NCBI GenBank assembly: GCA_001643675.2
Contig: LSRY02000011.1
Location: forward strand, 372,001-436,000
Reading direction: 5' to 3'
Origin: Monocercomonoides exilis PA203
Taxonomy: Eukaryota > Protista > Preaxostyla
DNA: 64,000 nucleotides
In this document: piece by piece, positions 1 to 15,100 of the stretch
Layout: every line of letters starts with the position of its first letter
Numbering within the stretch: the first letter of the stretch is position 1
Position numbers and translations under genes: made by a program
The notes under the pieces: generated by a model
Told to the model about the DNA's origin: nothing
The model's input: the letters and a program-made list of their open reading frames with translations, nothing else
Database searches by the model: none

Positions 1-300
1 TCCTCCTCCAAAGCCAGTCTTCCCTTCTTCTTCAGCTGGTGCCATGCATTCTATGAATGTGCATGAAATAATGTTCAATTGAATATTCCCTTTCAACTGA
101 GCATTGATTTCCCCTCCTTTGCTTTCAACAGCAAGCACAGAGCATCCATCAATTGTATATTGCACAACATTAATTTATTCATGTTCGTTTTCACTATTGT
201 TATTGAAAATTACCTTGCTATTTGACTTTTTGAAGATCAATCATCTCCTGTCGTTTTTTATAAGAAAATGTTCTAATGTTGAATGTTTCTGTGAAACGTC
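1..300 (-). pseudogene. Decayed fragment of a beta-helix (GGA-repeat) surface-protein gene, continuing beyond the window start
   Basis: Hand translation of the minus strand gives ...NSENEHE*INVVQYTIDGCSVLAVESKGGEINAQLKGNIQLNIISCTFIECMAPAEEEGKTGFGGG. This parallels VNNCSFNECKVESEPNGGGGGVYGKIGNDCNLKLTGCSFALCSAP...GKGGG in the 42481..50328 protein. In-frame stops at 177-175 (TAA) and 243-241 (TGA). The upstream boundary is approximate. Confidence 0.65.
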
Positions 301-807
301 AAACACAAATTTTGTTGTGAATCATCAGAAAATATTTTTGACATTTTTGCTTTTTATGAAATCTATCGCTTTTTCAATGATATTCCAACCATTTGTTTGT
401 CTCATGATTGAATTTATGAAAAGTGTGCTTTTCGAAGTACAAATTCTTTCGAAAATTGAATGGAAAAAGTTTATTTTTTTTTCAGAAATGTTTATTAAAA
501 TTTCAATAAAAATCCATTTATGATAAAACATTTTTTTTGGAAAATATAGAAAGTTCTAATAAAATTCGGAAAATGAAATACTAGTAACAGTTTTATTAAT
601 AAAATGGATAAGTTTTTTTGTAAACTTTCTTTTGTTTTATTTTATAATAAAAAAAGAAATTTCATATTTTCATCAAATTTCTATTCCCACCTTTTTAATT
701 TCACTGAAATAGAAACAAAACCTTAATAATGATATTATATCCATTTCTGAAAAGTTACGAAAGTGTGAACAGAAAATCGATGAATATTTGAAAAAAAATT
801 TTAATAT

Positions 808-855
808 AACACCAAAAATTATTCAAAGTCGAAAAACTTGCAATCGAAATCGAAA
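808..855 (-). repeat. Copy of a short dispersed repeat (core AAGTTTTTCGACTT)
   Basis: Reverse complement reads TTTTCGATTTCGATTGCAAGTTTTTCGACTTTGAATAATTTTTGGTGT. It matches 15490-15536 at 29 of 31 nt in the core and partly matches 1360-1430. Confidence 0.65.
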
Positions 856-1359
856 ATTCTCCAAAAAAACAAACGAAAAATAAAGAGAATAAAGGTGAGG
901 AATAAAAGTTTTCTTTTATTTCGGAACATATTTTTCTCAATGTTTGTGTTGTTGTTTTCTGCAAATAAAAATAAATTCGAACCAAAACAAATTTAAAAAT
1001 GAACTGAAAACAATATTATGAATATTTGTTTCCTTCTATGAGAAATGAGTATTTTGAAAAAAAAAAAACCGTAATTTGAAAATCAATACTGTATCCATCA
1101 TTTTTCAGAAAATTGGTTCATAATTTTTATAATCTTTGGCAAATTTTCTGTGAATAATTGAACTTTCAATTGAAATGAGATAAATAATGTCAGAATTCCT
1201 CTCATGTTTTTAAAAATTGCAATTGAACAAAAGGAAGCACAAAAGCATATCGGAAAAGAGATGAAAAAACTTGTATCCAAAAAAATGTCATTGATATTTC
1301 AACAATAACAATATTTTTTGATTTTTATTGATTATTTTGTTCTTTTTGCAAATTTGAAG

Positions 1360-1430
1360 TTTTTCGAGCTTTCGATTTTGCTTAAGTTTTTCGACTTTGG
1401 CTGAAAGTTATTCGATTTTGAATTATTTTT
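1360..1430 (+). repeat. Degenerate copy of the same repeat, inverted relative to 808-855
   Basis: AAGTTTTTCGACTTTG at 1384-1399 is the exact reverse complement of 824-839 and is flanked by further TTCGA units. Confidence 0.5.
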
Positions 1431-3195
1431 TGTTTCATTCAAATCATAAAAACCATAATAGATATATGCATGTTTCTGATCTGTTTTTTCAGAAGATTCA
1501 TTTTCAAATAATGTTAAACAAGCTTAAATGTTAACATGATATTCAGCAACAAACTCAAAAAACAATCATTATAATGTGAAAGCAATTCAACCTTCGACAA
1601 TCAGAATGTCTTTTTTTCAAAACGAGCGTTTGGCAAATAACAACAACTGAAGTTCAACCTCGAGTTTCTGAATCATCAAAACAAATCATATTCAAAAAAA
1701 GGAAATTGAGTCATCTTCTGAACTTCAAACAAAAAATTTCACAACCAAAGAGAATGAATAAAAAAACGAATTTATTTGAAAAACCTGCAGTATCAAAATC
1801 AAGTTGCTTTGAAGATACTGAGGACTTTTAAAGAGAGCTGAATATCCTATACAACAGCATGGCACAAATAAAGAAGCAATTGGAAGATCCTGGAGATTCA
1901 AAGTTTGATGAGAATAGAACATGAACACAATAAAAAAAGTGATAATTTCAATTGTGAATGAAGGAAATTCTTTTCCGGATGAAAAGACATTGAAAATGGA
2001 CGAATGTTGGATATTATTTTCGATGATGAGAATTCATTTAAAGAAAATGAATAAAAAGAATCAATCACCAAAACCAAGGGAAAAGATAAACGTTAGACAG
2101 CTGCAAGGGTGAAAAATGTTGGCATTGGAACAAGATGCGAATTTTAAATAATCTCCTCAAAAGATAAAAAATCCAATGAAAATTTTATTTGAAAAAACAT
2201 AAGTAATTAAAAGAAGACAAAGATGAATAATGAAATGGGAAACCATTGATCATTGGTTTGATTTGATGTGGATCTTTAATTTATAGTTGTTCAGAAGAAT
2301 TTGCAATGCTCAAAAAGACAATTTTGAGTTTTTCTATTTTGTTTGAATGCTGCACAATCATTTTGTCTGTTTTGAAATCGCTAAAACAAAAACATTCAAT
2401 GGTTTCTATCCATTATTGTTCAACATTTGAGAATCGCAAAAGGAACATTCTAGAAAATGGAAAAAAAAATGCACTGTTCAGTTCAATTAGTGATTACATG
2501 TTTAATAAAACGTCCCGGTTTTGACACTAGTGGTCTTTTTCAACAAATAAAAACTAGGGATCTGCTTCCAATTTGTTTATTGAATAATGAAAACTGAAGA
2601 AAAGTTAGTAACAAAATCATCGATCTTGATTGAAAAATATCTCCATGGCTAATATTTTCTCTTTGACCAAAGAAACGATTATTATTCAAAAATACAAAGA
2701 TTGAATTTTCTTATGAAATTACTAATCATAATTGAATGTTATTTCTGTTTTTTTGTAATGAAAGAAATCCAAATACAATAATTTGATTTGATTGATATAT
2801 TACAACATCTCATTTGTTTAGAATGAAACTTTAAAGTTCTGCACAAGCTTATTTTTTCAACTGATTAGAAAAGCACAAAATTTCCATTTTGCAAATGCTA
2901 ACTTTTCTTTTTGCTGCAATATTGAAAAAAGATTTTGTTACTCTCATTATTTTGTGAATATTTAATAAATGAAATCAAAAATTTGAAAAAAAAATCCATA
3001 ATTTTTATGTTGAAAAACTATTGCAAAGCCAACTTAATTCAAAAATTAGTTGTCATCGAACATACAAACCATTTGAAAAGCGATCAAATAATTTTTTTAG
3101 TTCAAAAAAAAAATCACTTCATTTCGATCAATAGAAATGAAAACTTCTATAAATTAATCATATTCAACAATTATTCCAAATCAATATTGAAAAGT

Positions 3196-6100
3196 TCATT
3201 TTGAATTCTCTTTCTCGCTTCTTTTCTTTAAAAATGATCTCTTTTCAATCAAAGACAAACGCATCGAAAAAATAAGATTGTCACATGAAGACTTAATTGC
3301 AGGATCAGATCCCCATGAAGATTCAAGAATTGATGAAATTGTGTTTTTTATAGAATGATCAGAAATGAATATTTCATCTTCACAAATTGAAAGAAGGTCT
3401 GAGCAATTTTGCAATTCTTCCAAAAATTCCATTTTTTCTTTTTCTTCTTCATTTGTCTCTTCACTTGTTGAGGATAATTGAGGGTCCTTCTTTGACATCG
3501 AATTTGCCATGCTGAAAATGCCTCCAACAATAACTGAAAGAGTGTTTAAAAGATTGAAGGACGCGATCAGCAGATCGTGCTGCCTATGAGCAATGCACGA
3601 TGCTAAAAGAGTAGTCATCGAGGAAATAACACTGAAACTACCAAAGCTTTTGTGATGTGTACATAATTGCATCGGATCCAAATCTGATTTTTTAAATATC
3701 ACAAGAGAGAGAGATGCAAGAACTAACGTATTTTCTCTAATTGAAGAAAGAATATGTGATAACGATATGATACAAGAGAGACGCTCTGGGATTGGCAACG
3801 CGCTGGCAGCTGCCACAACAATGTCAATGAGAGATATCAGCCGATTCAATTGAGAAGCAGGCAGCAACTCGCTAGCTTTGTTTATTGAATGGATAGGATA
3901 AATAGACACAAGGAATGGAACAACGTTGATGATTAGATCGAGTCCAGCAACAGGTATTTGAGCTGAAAGAGAAGCAACGTTCTGAATGAATTCATTATCT
4001 TTTTCATTTGAAAACCTATCAGATTCTTTCTCGTCGCAGCAGCATTTTGTTCTTCTTGAGCTTAATTCCTCTTGTCCAAAATAAGGCATCAACATCTTTT
4101 CTCCTTTTTTGAACAATTCCTCCTCTATCTCCATAAGTTGTTCCGTAGAGATGCGACAATGAATTTTTAACAATGGAGTTGAACCAAATGATGAAGTCAG
4201 CGAGCACAAAATGCGTGAAATAAAAGGTGCAGCATGATTCATAATTGACAGGCGCTGAGGGATTGGTCCTCTTTCAATTTGATTCATCACAAAAGAAATA
4301 AGCGAAACGAGTGATATGCTGCTCTTTGATTTTTCTACAGATTCTTTTGCTGTTGAATCCTGCTTTGCAAAGTTAGTAATCGATGATGGATCAATTATCG
4401 ATGAGGTCTCACATATCGTTGAAGAGGACTGAATGTCAACTTTGTTGGAAGGAATTGAAATAAGAGGTATCCCAATTGAGATTGCTAAAACTATCAATGC
4501 AACTATGCATTCATGCCTCCCTTCAAATGGCTTTCCTTCAATAACTTGAACAAGAGAGCGTAGAAGCATGGGAGACAAAGAGCAAATACAACTTGTAACT
4601 GGCGAAGAATCTTCTGAAGATCCAAACAAAACAAGAGCAGATACGATTGTATCGACAGATGGAGTTTGAGCATCAGTTAGTATTGAATGAGCAGAATAAT
4701 ATTGAGAAAGAGTCAAAATCGAAGAGCTCCCAGAAGCTGCAAACACTTGTTGATCAAGAGGCTTCAATGATTTAAAAAGTGTTTTCACTTCTGTTTTTTC
4801 CTTATCTTCTTTATCATCATTTCTAAAATCTGCATTTGTCTTCTGCGCTTGGCCAATACTTTCATTTTGATTGTTTTGCATATTGTGTAAAGAAATAGAC
4901 ACAACTATCTGCATTAGAGAACGGCCTCCCCATCTCACCACTCGTTTGTCTTCCTTGTTCTCTAAAAGAACATCGATATCATTGAGAAAGGCATTCAAAA
5001 TCTGCAAAGGAATAGAATCACTTTTCTTTTTCTGATCTCCGCTTCCCGTAAGCAAATATCTTTCATCAGAAAAATAGAATCCGTGCATCTGCTTTTCTCC
5101 TTCAAGCAATGAATGTGCTTCTTCACGAAGTGATTCGAAGCGACTTGAAAGCAATTGTGACACCCTTTCAGATGCATCAAGTTCATCACCACCTTCGTTA
5201 AATCCATGATTATCGCTTCCACCTGCCCTTGAAGAAGAAGAAGCATCGGATCCATTGGAAGAAGATTGTGGAGAGTGAGAACTCAACTGCCTCCTTTTAA
5301 CATCCGCAACAAGTCCACATTCCTTTGCTGTGGTGTTTCTGGTTCCTGTTTCAATAATAAAGACCAATGGAAGCAACGAAGAACTGCACATCTTGCACAA
5401 AACGTTTGTCTTTCTATTACTTTCTTCCAAATCCAACTTACTTAATTCTGACAAACACAAACGACTCAAAACGATTGTTTTCCTCATATATTCAGGATGA
5501 AGTGTATTCAACAAAAGAACTTGAAGAGGCTTGAGTAGGGATTTTTCAGTCACTTCAAATGGAACTACAGAAGCAAGCCTTAGGAGTGGAGGGAGGAGAT
5601 ATGAAAGTGGAATGTTTGAATGAGAAAGAGAAGAAGGAGAGATCCCAGTAGCCCTGATGGCAGAAGAAATCAAGTGATCACATTCGCTCCAATTCACAGA
5701 CGAACGATCAAGCGATAAAAATCGATTGGATAATGCGGTAAATATCCTCGGAGCCGAAGAGACATAATCAGCGGATAAGCAGAATAGAGAAGTTAGGCAA
5801 TCAATAAAGGAAAGTGTAGATAGTAACCCCTTGTTGATATGCGAAGAAGACGAAGGTGAATTCGAGTTTGACTCCCCAATTCGGCTTGCCGAAGCAGAAG
5901 CACTGCTTGACGAAGGAACAACGGCAGATGTAGAAGTTGTTCCATAGATTGACGAGGCTTCGCTTGAGCCATAAGTTGTGCTCTGAGAGCGTTGTCCCAA
6001 GAACTGAAAGAGATCAAATGGTTGCGATGAGCTTGGCTGAGACTGTTCGCTGCGTGCTTGTGAAGACTTTTTCAAGCTCAGTATGACAAGCGATACAAGT

Positions 6101-9100
6101 GCTTGGACAACTTTGTTTTGGTCGAGCGAATCTTGACGGGCAAGTTCGCTTTTGAGAAAGACTGATTCAAAATTAGTGGAAGATGACGCATTATTTGTTG
6201 AATTAGTCTCAGAGGAGGAAACAGATGAAAGTGTTGATGGTTGAAGCATTGCTTTGCTTGCAAATCGCTTCAAAGAAAGCAATCCCTTACGAATAACTAC
6301 ATTTCCTATTGATCGGACAGCTCGTTTATTTCTCTCTTGTTCAGAAGATTCATCAAACATATGACTATCGGAATCTCCCATTTTCAGTTTCTCTTTTTCC
6401 TTTTCATCTTCCTCAAAGGTGTTTTCGTTGAGTCCAAGCACACGAGCACCAACTGAGCCAGATTGCACTGGCACACCTCGCATTGCGCTCATCGTTTGAT
6501 CCAAAGCAGAACCCACAAATGAATTCATTCCACTGCCTGCTGTAGAATTATTATTTGCACCTCCACCAAACATTGCTCCCATTCCTGGAATGTTCAGTGA
6601 TCCACCACGCAATGAAGACATGATCGTTTCCAAAAGCGGTGTCATTGACGATGATCCAAAAGCAGAATCACCAAATATATTTGACTGAGATAGAAGTGTT
6701 CTGATTGTAGAAGGAAGAGAGAAGAGAAGAAGAGAATGGCTCAAAGCTGTGTAAGTCATTGCAGCTGCCTGAGGAGAAGAGCATAAAGATGAAATGGAAA
6801 CTCTGCTGAACAGAGAAGATACTGTCTGTAATCCAAACAGTCCAAGGACACTTTGAGAAAGTGAATCAGATTGTGAATTGTGAGTGCCTGATTGAGAGGA
6901 TGAAGAAGAGGATGCAGAAGAAGAGGAATTAAATGATGACAAAGACGATGATGATGAATATAAAGATCCGAAATGAATTGAACGAAATGATTCCAAATGA
7001 TTTCCTAAAGCCATCCCATGTTCTGCTGCGAATGATCGAACACGAGCAAATTCTATCAGTGCCTTTTTCTGACTCCAGCTTTCGCTTTCATTCTGCTCAT
7101 TTTGTTCTTCAATAGTGAAAGCGTCTTTCATTAGATGTTTTTCCTTCTGAAGATTTCGTTCAAGCTCTTCTCCGCAAGCAGCATCAATAAAACGTGTGAA
7201 GAAAGAGATGAAAAACATAGAGTTTGTGTCTGCTTCTTCTCTTGATACCAATCCAACAGGCGGATTCTCATCAAAGTCCACTGTAAACCCTTGATTAAGC
7301 TCGCCAAATGGGTTGAGAGATACACCAAAACTATGCCCATCGCCTTTATGCTTCTCAGAATGACTTGAAGTTGATCGATTGCGAAATGGATTGGAAGAAT
7401 CAGAAGGCGAAGTGAGAGAAGTGATAACAGCTCCAATTCTCTTTAGAAGCGACCACAGCGCAGTCAAAACAGAAGGACTGCTGATGAATTGAGCAGGAGG
7501 CGATGAAAGGACGGAGATAACATTAAAGATGAGAGAAGGAAAAGAAGAATCGAGGAAAAGAATCTGAGAAAGAGGAGAAAACGACTGGGGATGAAAGCGC
7601 GAATTAGCATAATCTTCTGTTGTGCGAATGTTTTCACTGGAAACGTTCAAATGAGCAGAATCAGCAAATTTCTGCTGAATTCGAACAGCGCGAAGGAGGA
7701 GCTGAGGCGGAAGGGTGACAGTACGAAGAAGAAGGGCAGACCATCCTTTTGCAGCAGCTTCAACAACCCGAGCCTTTTCAGAGAGAAGCGAATAAGTCAG
7801 AAAACGAGAAATGGTAGGGAAGAACACAGCAGCTACAAAAGAAGAAAGATGAGTGTGGCCAACTTTCTTCTTTGACATGTTATCAGAAACTGTTCCAGAC
7901 GAAGAAGATGCTCCTTCAGAAGATGCTGCTGAAGATGAGTGGTGTGAACTTGAGGCTTCAGAGAACAGAGCACTCGAAGATGCAATCGATGAGCCAAACG
8001 TCTGATTTAATGTTGTTTCAAACTGCTCTGAAAAGAAGTTCCAAAAATCGTTGAATGCAGTTTGGATGCGTTCATTTCTGTCAAATCGGAGGAGGAACAA
8101 ACGAGGAATCAGAGAATCTGCATCCATCGATGAATCCTTATCAGCCTTTGTGTGTGAAGCATCGTCCTTTGAAGATTCACAAGAATCACGTAATGTTTTT
8201 AAATTATCAGAAGATTTAGAAGAATTAGCAGATGGAATGAGAGAGCCAAGAATTCCGTTTGAAAGCAAGCTCTGATTGGCAGTGCTGAACCACGCACCCA
8301 TTCCAAAATGCCCAAATTCGGAGTCCTTCCACGTGTCTGAAGAGTTTGAGTCATGTGTCCATCTTTCGTTTCCTTCGTTCTCTTCGCTTTCGTCGCCTTT
8401 GTGGGGAGTGCCGCTTAAGCATTCGACACTCGCAACATTCTGTTCTCTTCGCTTGCTGTGTCCATTGCGTCCTTTCAATTTCTTGTCATTTCGCTCTTCA
8501 GCTGCTAAAGTGTCGAGTGTGCCGTTTGAATGAATCATCCGCCGCATCCCGCGAGTCATCCACAGGCCGCTCTGCTTCAACAGGTCCAGCAGAAGAAAGA
8601 GAACATCGTGCCGCTCAAAGTCGTTTGCCACCTCTGCCATTTCGCGGTACAGCTTCAACCGCTCCGATGGAGACGATATTATCATCTGCGACGATGTCAC
8701 GGCAAAACTTCCTGATCGCTGCTGGTTGTGCGATGACCAGGAACTGCCAAATGGAGAGGATGAAGGAGAACGCGAGGGATTTGCCCCTGAATCACCATCT
8801 GCTTTTTCCATCTGTATCTTTCTGTTATCTGTCAGGCACTGAATGAACATCAGAGAAATCTGTTCTTTGAGTTTTGTTGGCTTCGCATCAGTCTCACTTT
8901 GCTTTGAATGCACTAAACTCTTCTTTTCTCTTTCTTTTTTCTCATTTGAAACTTTAGTCTCATCTTTGTTAGAATTTTCTTGTTCATCGTCATCATAAAC
9001 AGAAGAAGCCAATAATTCGATACCTTTCACTGCAATTTCTTGAAGAATGCTGTCATTCTTCCCAAGACATTCTGCAAAGATCACAAAAACAGGTATTATT

Positions 9101-12100
9101 GGGAACATCGTCGACACTTCTGAATAATTTAAGCTTTCTGCTGCTTGACTTGAGTTCAATGGCTTTTTCGATGAAGGAGAAGAAGATGATGAATGCATTG
9201 GAGAATTTGACTTCGAATCTGATTTCGTCTGTTCGCAATCACATTCTTTATCCAAGTTATCTGTTCCTTGTGCAATTTCACTTGGAGAACATTGTTCAGA
9301 TTTCGGAGATTTTGCTTCATCCAAACTTGAAACACCTTCAGAAGATGGCTCAGAGCCATCAACTTTCATTTTTGGCTGAGTCATGGCTTTGCAGAGAACT
9401 TGTGAAAAACGAGAGAGAAAGAGCAAGATAACAACAGCAGCACGTTTTGACTGGCGAGTAGCTGTTTGAGATGTGTACAATGATAAACAACTGCCAACAA
9501 AAGAGGACAAAGAAAGATGATGTGAATGTTCTGAGGGAGAGCTTTGTGTGTTTGAAGAAAATGATAAAGAAGAAGAAGAGATATCTTGAGATTTATGAAG
9601 AGCTGATGATTCAAATTTTTGCTGAGAGGAAGCCATGAAATGATTTGTGAATGAATTTTCAAATGTATCTTCCGCAATCATATCGCACGACTGATGAAGA
9701 ACACTTTCAGGTAACTTTTTGCATTGCCCCAATGAAAGTGAGCAGTTTGGTGTGTCAAAGAGAATTAGTGGAAGCAAAGAAGGAGGAGAGAAGGAAAGAG
9801 AAGGAGAAGACGCAGCTAATGATACAGCAATCAAAGAAAGCAACTCCCCAACCATCATCAAAATCCCGTAGTCATGCATTGTCGGAGCAATCGAAAGAAG
9901 CAAAGAGCTGACATGCGAGAAAATCGAATACGTTGAATCACTGAATTCATTAACAGCACGTCCTTCTGATTGTTCTTCTTTTGAGCTGGCCAGCTCGCGA
10001 TGAAGAAGGAAAATGAGCAGCGATCGCAGAGTGCCCAGCGCATGTGCCACGATCACAGCCTCTTTATTCTGGATGCAATTTCCGAGTGTCAAGATGAGCG
10101 TTGGAAAGAGCGGCATTTGCGAAGGCTTGGCAGACGAGGAACGCTCAATTTGAGTGACGCCTTTCCACAGCCACTCGCCAGCGGTGTGTGTGTCCAGCAG
10201 AAGAGCCAGCGCATCGCAGTCGTCGCAGATGACTTGGACAGAAGAATGAAATGATGCCAAAGAAGTTGAAGAGGAGGAGGAGGAAGAAGAAGAAGATGAT
10301 GATGAACTATCATTTGCTCTGATGGAAGATTGCTGGTGGCTTGCTGATGAATTCTGCAAGACAGAGCGAAGAGTTGTTGTCAGCTGCCGCATAAAAAGAG
10401 AAACAAGTTTCGCAGGCTCAAACGAATGCTCATTCTGAAATTGAGCTTTGTTTTCTAAACTGCCTTTGGCGGAAGCATTCAGAGGAGGAAGTTTTCGAGT
10501 CAAGAAGGCAGCAACAATGCTGGCTGGCACAATCATCTCAGGTGAAATCACACTCAGCTCAGAAGAAGCGCCTGCAACAGCAAACGTGTTTGTAAACCAG
10601 CTCCAGCAGAATTCGGTTGCTTCTGAAGGAGAAGACGTCCTTGCCAATGCGCCGATCACCAAAGAATATCCCAAATTGACTGAAAGCAGTTTCACTATGT
10701 TTTTCTGTGTGTGCCGAGAATTGAGTGAAGATATCACAGAAAGAACCGCCTGTGAAAAGGGAGCTTCCACAGCGCATTTTTGAGAGCTCAATGAGTTGGA
10801 AGTGTTTGGGAATTTGTTTATCAGCATCAAATGAGAATATGCATTCTTTTGCCACTCGCAAGTTGATGTATGCTGCTGAAGAGATGAGAATTGATTGAAA
10901 AATAGCTCAAATGGGCTGATGCACGAGAAAAGCGAGGCAAATACTTCATTCAACGCTGCAGATGCTTCGACTGCAGCTGAATGAAGAAGAAGAGTGGAAG
11001 TGTGGTCAGATGAAGTGAGTGAATACGAAGATGAAAGGAAGAATGAGCTGTTTTCTGAAGTGGTTGCAATTGGAGTCAGAGCTTCTGGCCAGGAGATAGG
11101 CAAAGAAACAGCTGTAGTTATATCTGTTGAAGAAGCAGAAGAAGACGATGAAGAAGATAAAGCAGTTTGAAGTGATTTAATAAAAGAAGCATAGAAAGGA
11201 TGTTGGCTGAGAGGGTGCTGTGAACGAGAAGAAGATTTAGAAAAGAGAGCCTGCTGCAGAATGAAAAGATATGAAACAAGACTCAATGAAGTGGCTATGT
11301 GAGTGTGGCTTTCGCCTTCTGATGCTATTTCTGTTGGAAATTGGTTGATCGAAAACAAAAATCGAGAAAATGACTCAAAACGAGAGGGATTTGAAAGATC
11401 AGAGATGGAAACAAGAGGAAGCATCTCATTCATTATTCCCTCTGTTTTATCAGTCACTTCTTTTTCGCTATGATTCGAAACTCCTTTCACAGAAACGTCA
11501 GTCATTTTTGTGCTTGATTTTTCAGAGTCTGAAACATCACATGAAGTTTGATCTTTATTCATTGCATCTGCTTTTCTTGCACTTCCTTCATCATTTGACA
11601 TCAACCTTTTCTCCGCTTCTATTTTCTGTCTCCTCTCCAAATGATCAACAAATGTCTCGTCTTGTCTGAGCAGCGTCCTCAACAGCACAATCACATCAAA
11701 CAGACATTCCTGCGGCAGACGAGGCAGAACAACACCCGGCGGAAGCGCCCAGAAAGAAGTGCTGTCGCAAAACAGACAAAAGCCGAAAATGACACTCGCC
11801 GAGGCAAAATTGAAAGGCGGAAGGCATTTGTTATATTGCTTCATTGATGTGCTTGAATTGTCTGAAACTGAGGAAATATTTGAGCTTTGAGCGATTTCCT
11901 TCAGAGCTCTCCATCTTCTCTGCAGCAAACTCTGCAGTCCACTTTTGGCCTCTTCTCTAACAGTACCATCGGCATCAGCTGCGCAAAGCAGGCAAATAAG
12001 AAAAGCGAATGGCGATGAAATGACTGGAAGGAGAGAAACAGAAAGGCGCAGAAGACACAGGCGAGTGGAAGGAGCACAGAGAATGTTGAAGGATGATTGA

Positions 12101-15100
12101 TATGTTTTGGATGAGCCTTGAGTGTGTGACGAGGAATAGGAAGAAGAAGAAGAGGGGGAAGCGAAAGAAGTGCTGGTTAGACATCGCAGAAGGAGGGAGG
12201 ATATAACAGTGACATAAGAAGGCTTAAATAGAATAGGCAAAGTTGAAGAAGATGTTGTTTGCTTTTGAGTAATTTTCATTTGATGGAGAAACATGGAAAC
12301 ATCTTCAGATTCAAGGTGCTGTTCGTTTATTCTCTGTGTGATTGAAGAGAGAGATGCAACAATTGTGTCCAGAAAGGCAACCGCCGACGGTGAAGAAGAC
12401 AGGGCCGAAGACGAATCTGCTGAATCTCCAAGCATATGCAGCATCACAGACAGCACAGACAGAGAAAGCGATGGATGGGAAGCTGGACAAGTTAGCTCTT
12501 TATTCAAAGAAGCAGTTTGATCATCTTCACAGCATGAATGAACATTAACTTGCTGAACTGAATGTGTGTCACTTCTAACAAGTGATGATACAAGCTCATC
12601 TGTGTCAGCTTCAATGAGCGAAGAGGTCAATGAAAGTGCTGTGTCTCTCAAGAACACCATATGCGCCTGCAGAGCTGTTGGTAGGGTGGCTGGCTCAGTA
12701 GCTCCGAAGAGCATCGCATTCATCGCCTGCTGAGGCTGCTGAGCGGCATTTTGGCGCTGTGGAAACGCAGAAGAGACACTTCGATACAGAGAATGGATCA
12801 CTTCGTACTGAATGCTCTCAAACAGAGGCAAAACCGCAATCTTCAAAGCAGCTTTGTTTGAAGATGGTGAAGAGGCGCTTGTTTTCTGTGTGTTTGCTGA
12901 AGATACAGAATTCAAAAGAGACGCTGGCCAGTCAGCTGCGAAGATCTGACTGTTGTTGTCTGTGTGTGGATTAGATGCAGCAGCGAGCAGATGATCGAGG
13001 GCAGACGAGAGATGAGGAGAAGGAGCAAAAAGTGCGACGACCTGTGTGAGAAGAGTGTGCAAAGCAGAAGAAAACTCGGGGGACGAAAGACGATGGCTCA
13101 GATGCACCAGCTTCTGGGCAATGCGCATGGCTGAGCGGTGGAGAGCAGGCGTGAGTGAAAGAGGGGATGAAGGAGACGAATTCATTGAGAGCGAAAATAC
13201 GAATGGAGTGGAAGAAGTTGAATTGGGAGAAGAGGCAGAGACAGAAGAAGAAGAAGAAGAAGAAACATGTTTCAAATGATTCTGAGATGTGTTAGCTTCC
13301 AAAGATAAAATGGAATTGAGTTGTTTGAGTGTCAAAAGCTGCCCAGTTGGAGCAGATTTACTTGAGCAAGCGTCGAACTTTGGAAGAAGCTCTGGCTGAA
13401 AAATGATTGGCTCTTGTTGTCTGAAATCATTGTATATGGCCAAACAGAGAACTGATGATGAAGAAGCAGAAGACGGCGATGCTGAGGAATTAGAAGGAGA
13501 TGAGGAATCTGAGGCATTTTCAATGGTTTCAGCTTTGAATGCATTTATCTTGAGTTCTGGATGTGACGAAAGGAGAGTAGCCGAATATGCACTTGGAAGA
13601 GGAGAAAAGTGAGTTTGTGAAGATGGAACAATGCCAGTTGAATCTGCCTTTGTTGAGAACGAGAGGCAAGGCGGGGCTGACAGCATTGTGCCAAAAAGAG
13701 ATCGTTCGAGAACAAGTTTAATCAGATAAGGAATCAGAAGCGGTGGATAGAACGGGAGTGGAGACGCATTTGGCTGCGGAAGATGCGACGAGCTGTAGTG
13801 ATAAATGTCAGAGAGAGCATCAATCAGAGGATGGAGCGACTTGAGGGCAGTGTCGATCACAGCGGGGGATGCATACCTGTTCTGAGAAAGCATAAAAATG
13901 ATGGAAGATGGAGTTGTGTCGGCAAGCCACAATCCAGGAAGTGCAGCACGTTGGCGGTTGAGAACAGCTTCTGTCCCGCTCATCCAAAGAGGCCTGTTGC
14001 AGCACAAGTCGATCAGACGCGAAATAACATTCAAAATAATTTCTGTTGGTGTTGGAAGCCGCTTTGCATGCATCTTTCTCTCGGCCAGCAATGAGGCAAT
14101 TGAAGATGTTTGTGATTTTAACGTTTTTGATGGAAAAGCTGTTCTCGAAGACGAAGATGAGGACAAGAGTGGAGATGATGGCTGATCCAAACCATCTTCC
14201 AAACTATTGTCTTCGCTTTCTTCTTGATAATTTTCTTGTCCAATAAAAGACGCTGCGTTCTGCTCATTGAGCCACTTCAATAGCTTTCCTCTTCCATCTT
14301 CTTCAATTGTACTTGCATAAGCAACAAGCGGAATAAAAGAAAAGCGAAATACATTGGTCTCCTTCGAAAAAAGCGATGATTGAAAGAAAGTAACGCATTT
14401 TTTTTGTAGAATGATTAGACTATCAGGAACAGGTTTCTTCAATGGAGCGCAAATTGCAAAAAATACTTCTGATGATATGTGATTTGCTTCCTCAGGAGTT
14501 GTTACATTTGGAGGTAGAAATAAGATATTCTCACATAGAGATATTAGAAGCAAGAATTTAGTGGAAAAATTGTGTGTGGAGCTTGCTTCACCTTTGATTG
14601 AAGGGCATTGCTTTATCCATTCATCCAAAGAAAAGCAAAGTGAATCGCTTTGGATGCTGCGCAAAAATGCTTTCGCAATTGCATACCTTTGAATTATTGT
14701 TGTTGCAGATTCAAGCATTCCAATTACTTCTTCAAGAATTTGAGGTAATTCATTTGGATTTGACCTTGATGTGCAAACATCGAAAAACAGCAATGCAAAA
14801 TTTCGAACAAGAGCAGATTTATTTTTGATAAATAAGTTTCCTAATGTATTATGTGATAATTTGACGCTTGGATAAGATTTTACTCTCTTCAAAATTGTTG
14901 AGAGCAATGCAATGGTTCTTCTTTGCTCGTCTCCATTTGTGGAGTCTAAAGAGGAAAGAATTAAACGTATAAATGGAATAATTTTGAAATACCAAGTAAC
15001 TCTAAAGCGGGTACAAGAAATTTCTCTATTCGGAGAAATATAAATATTGTTCTTATAAAACAATCTAAAAGCTACACACGCAATACTCTTTCTAGATTTT

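Noticed and set aside
1700-2560. Decayed coding-like sequence on the plus strand (QPKRMNKK...EDF*RELNIL...)
   Set aside because: Probably a pseudogene or element remnant, but it has no motif I can assign. It needs a TBLASTN against the same genome.
14946-15063. ORF-track N-terminus MFYKNNIY...RLILSSL for ECM29
   Set aside because: This is intron sequence plus an out-of-frame read of exon 2. The three-exon model restores KFLVPALELLDS using canonical sites.
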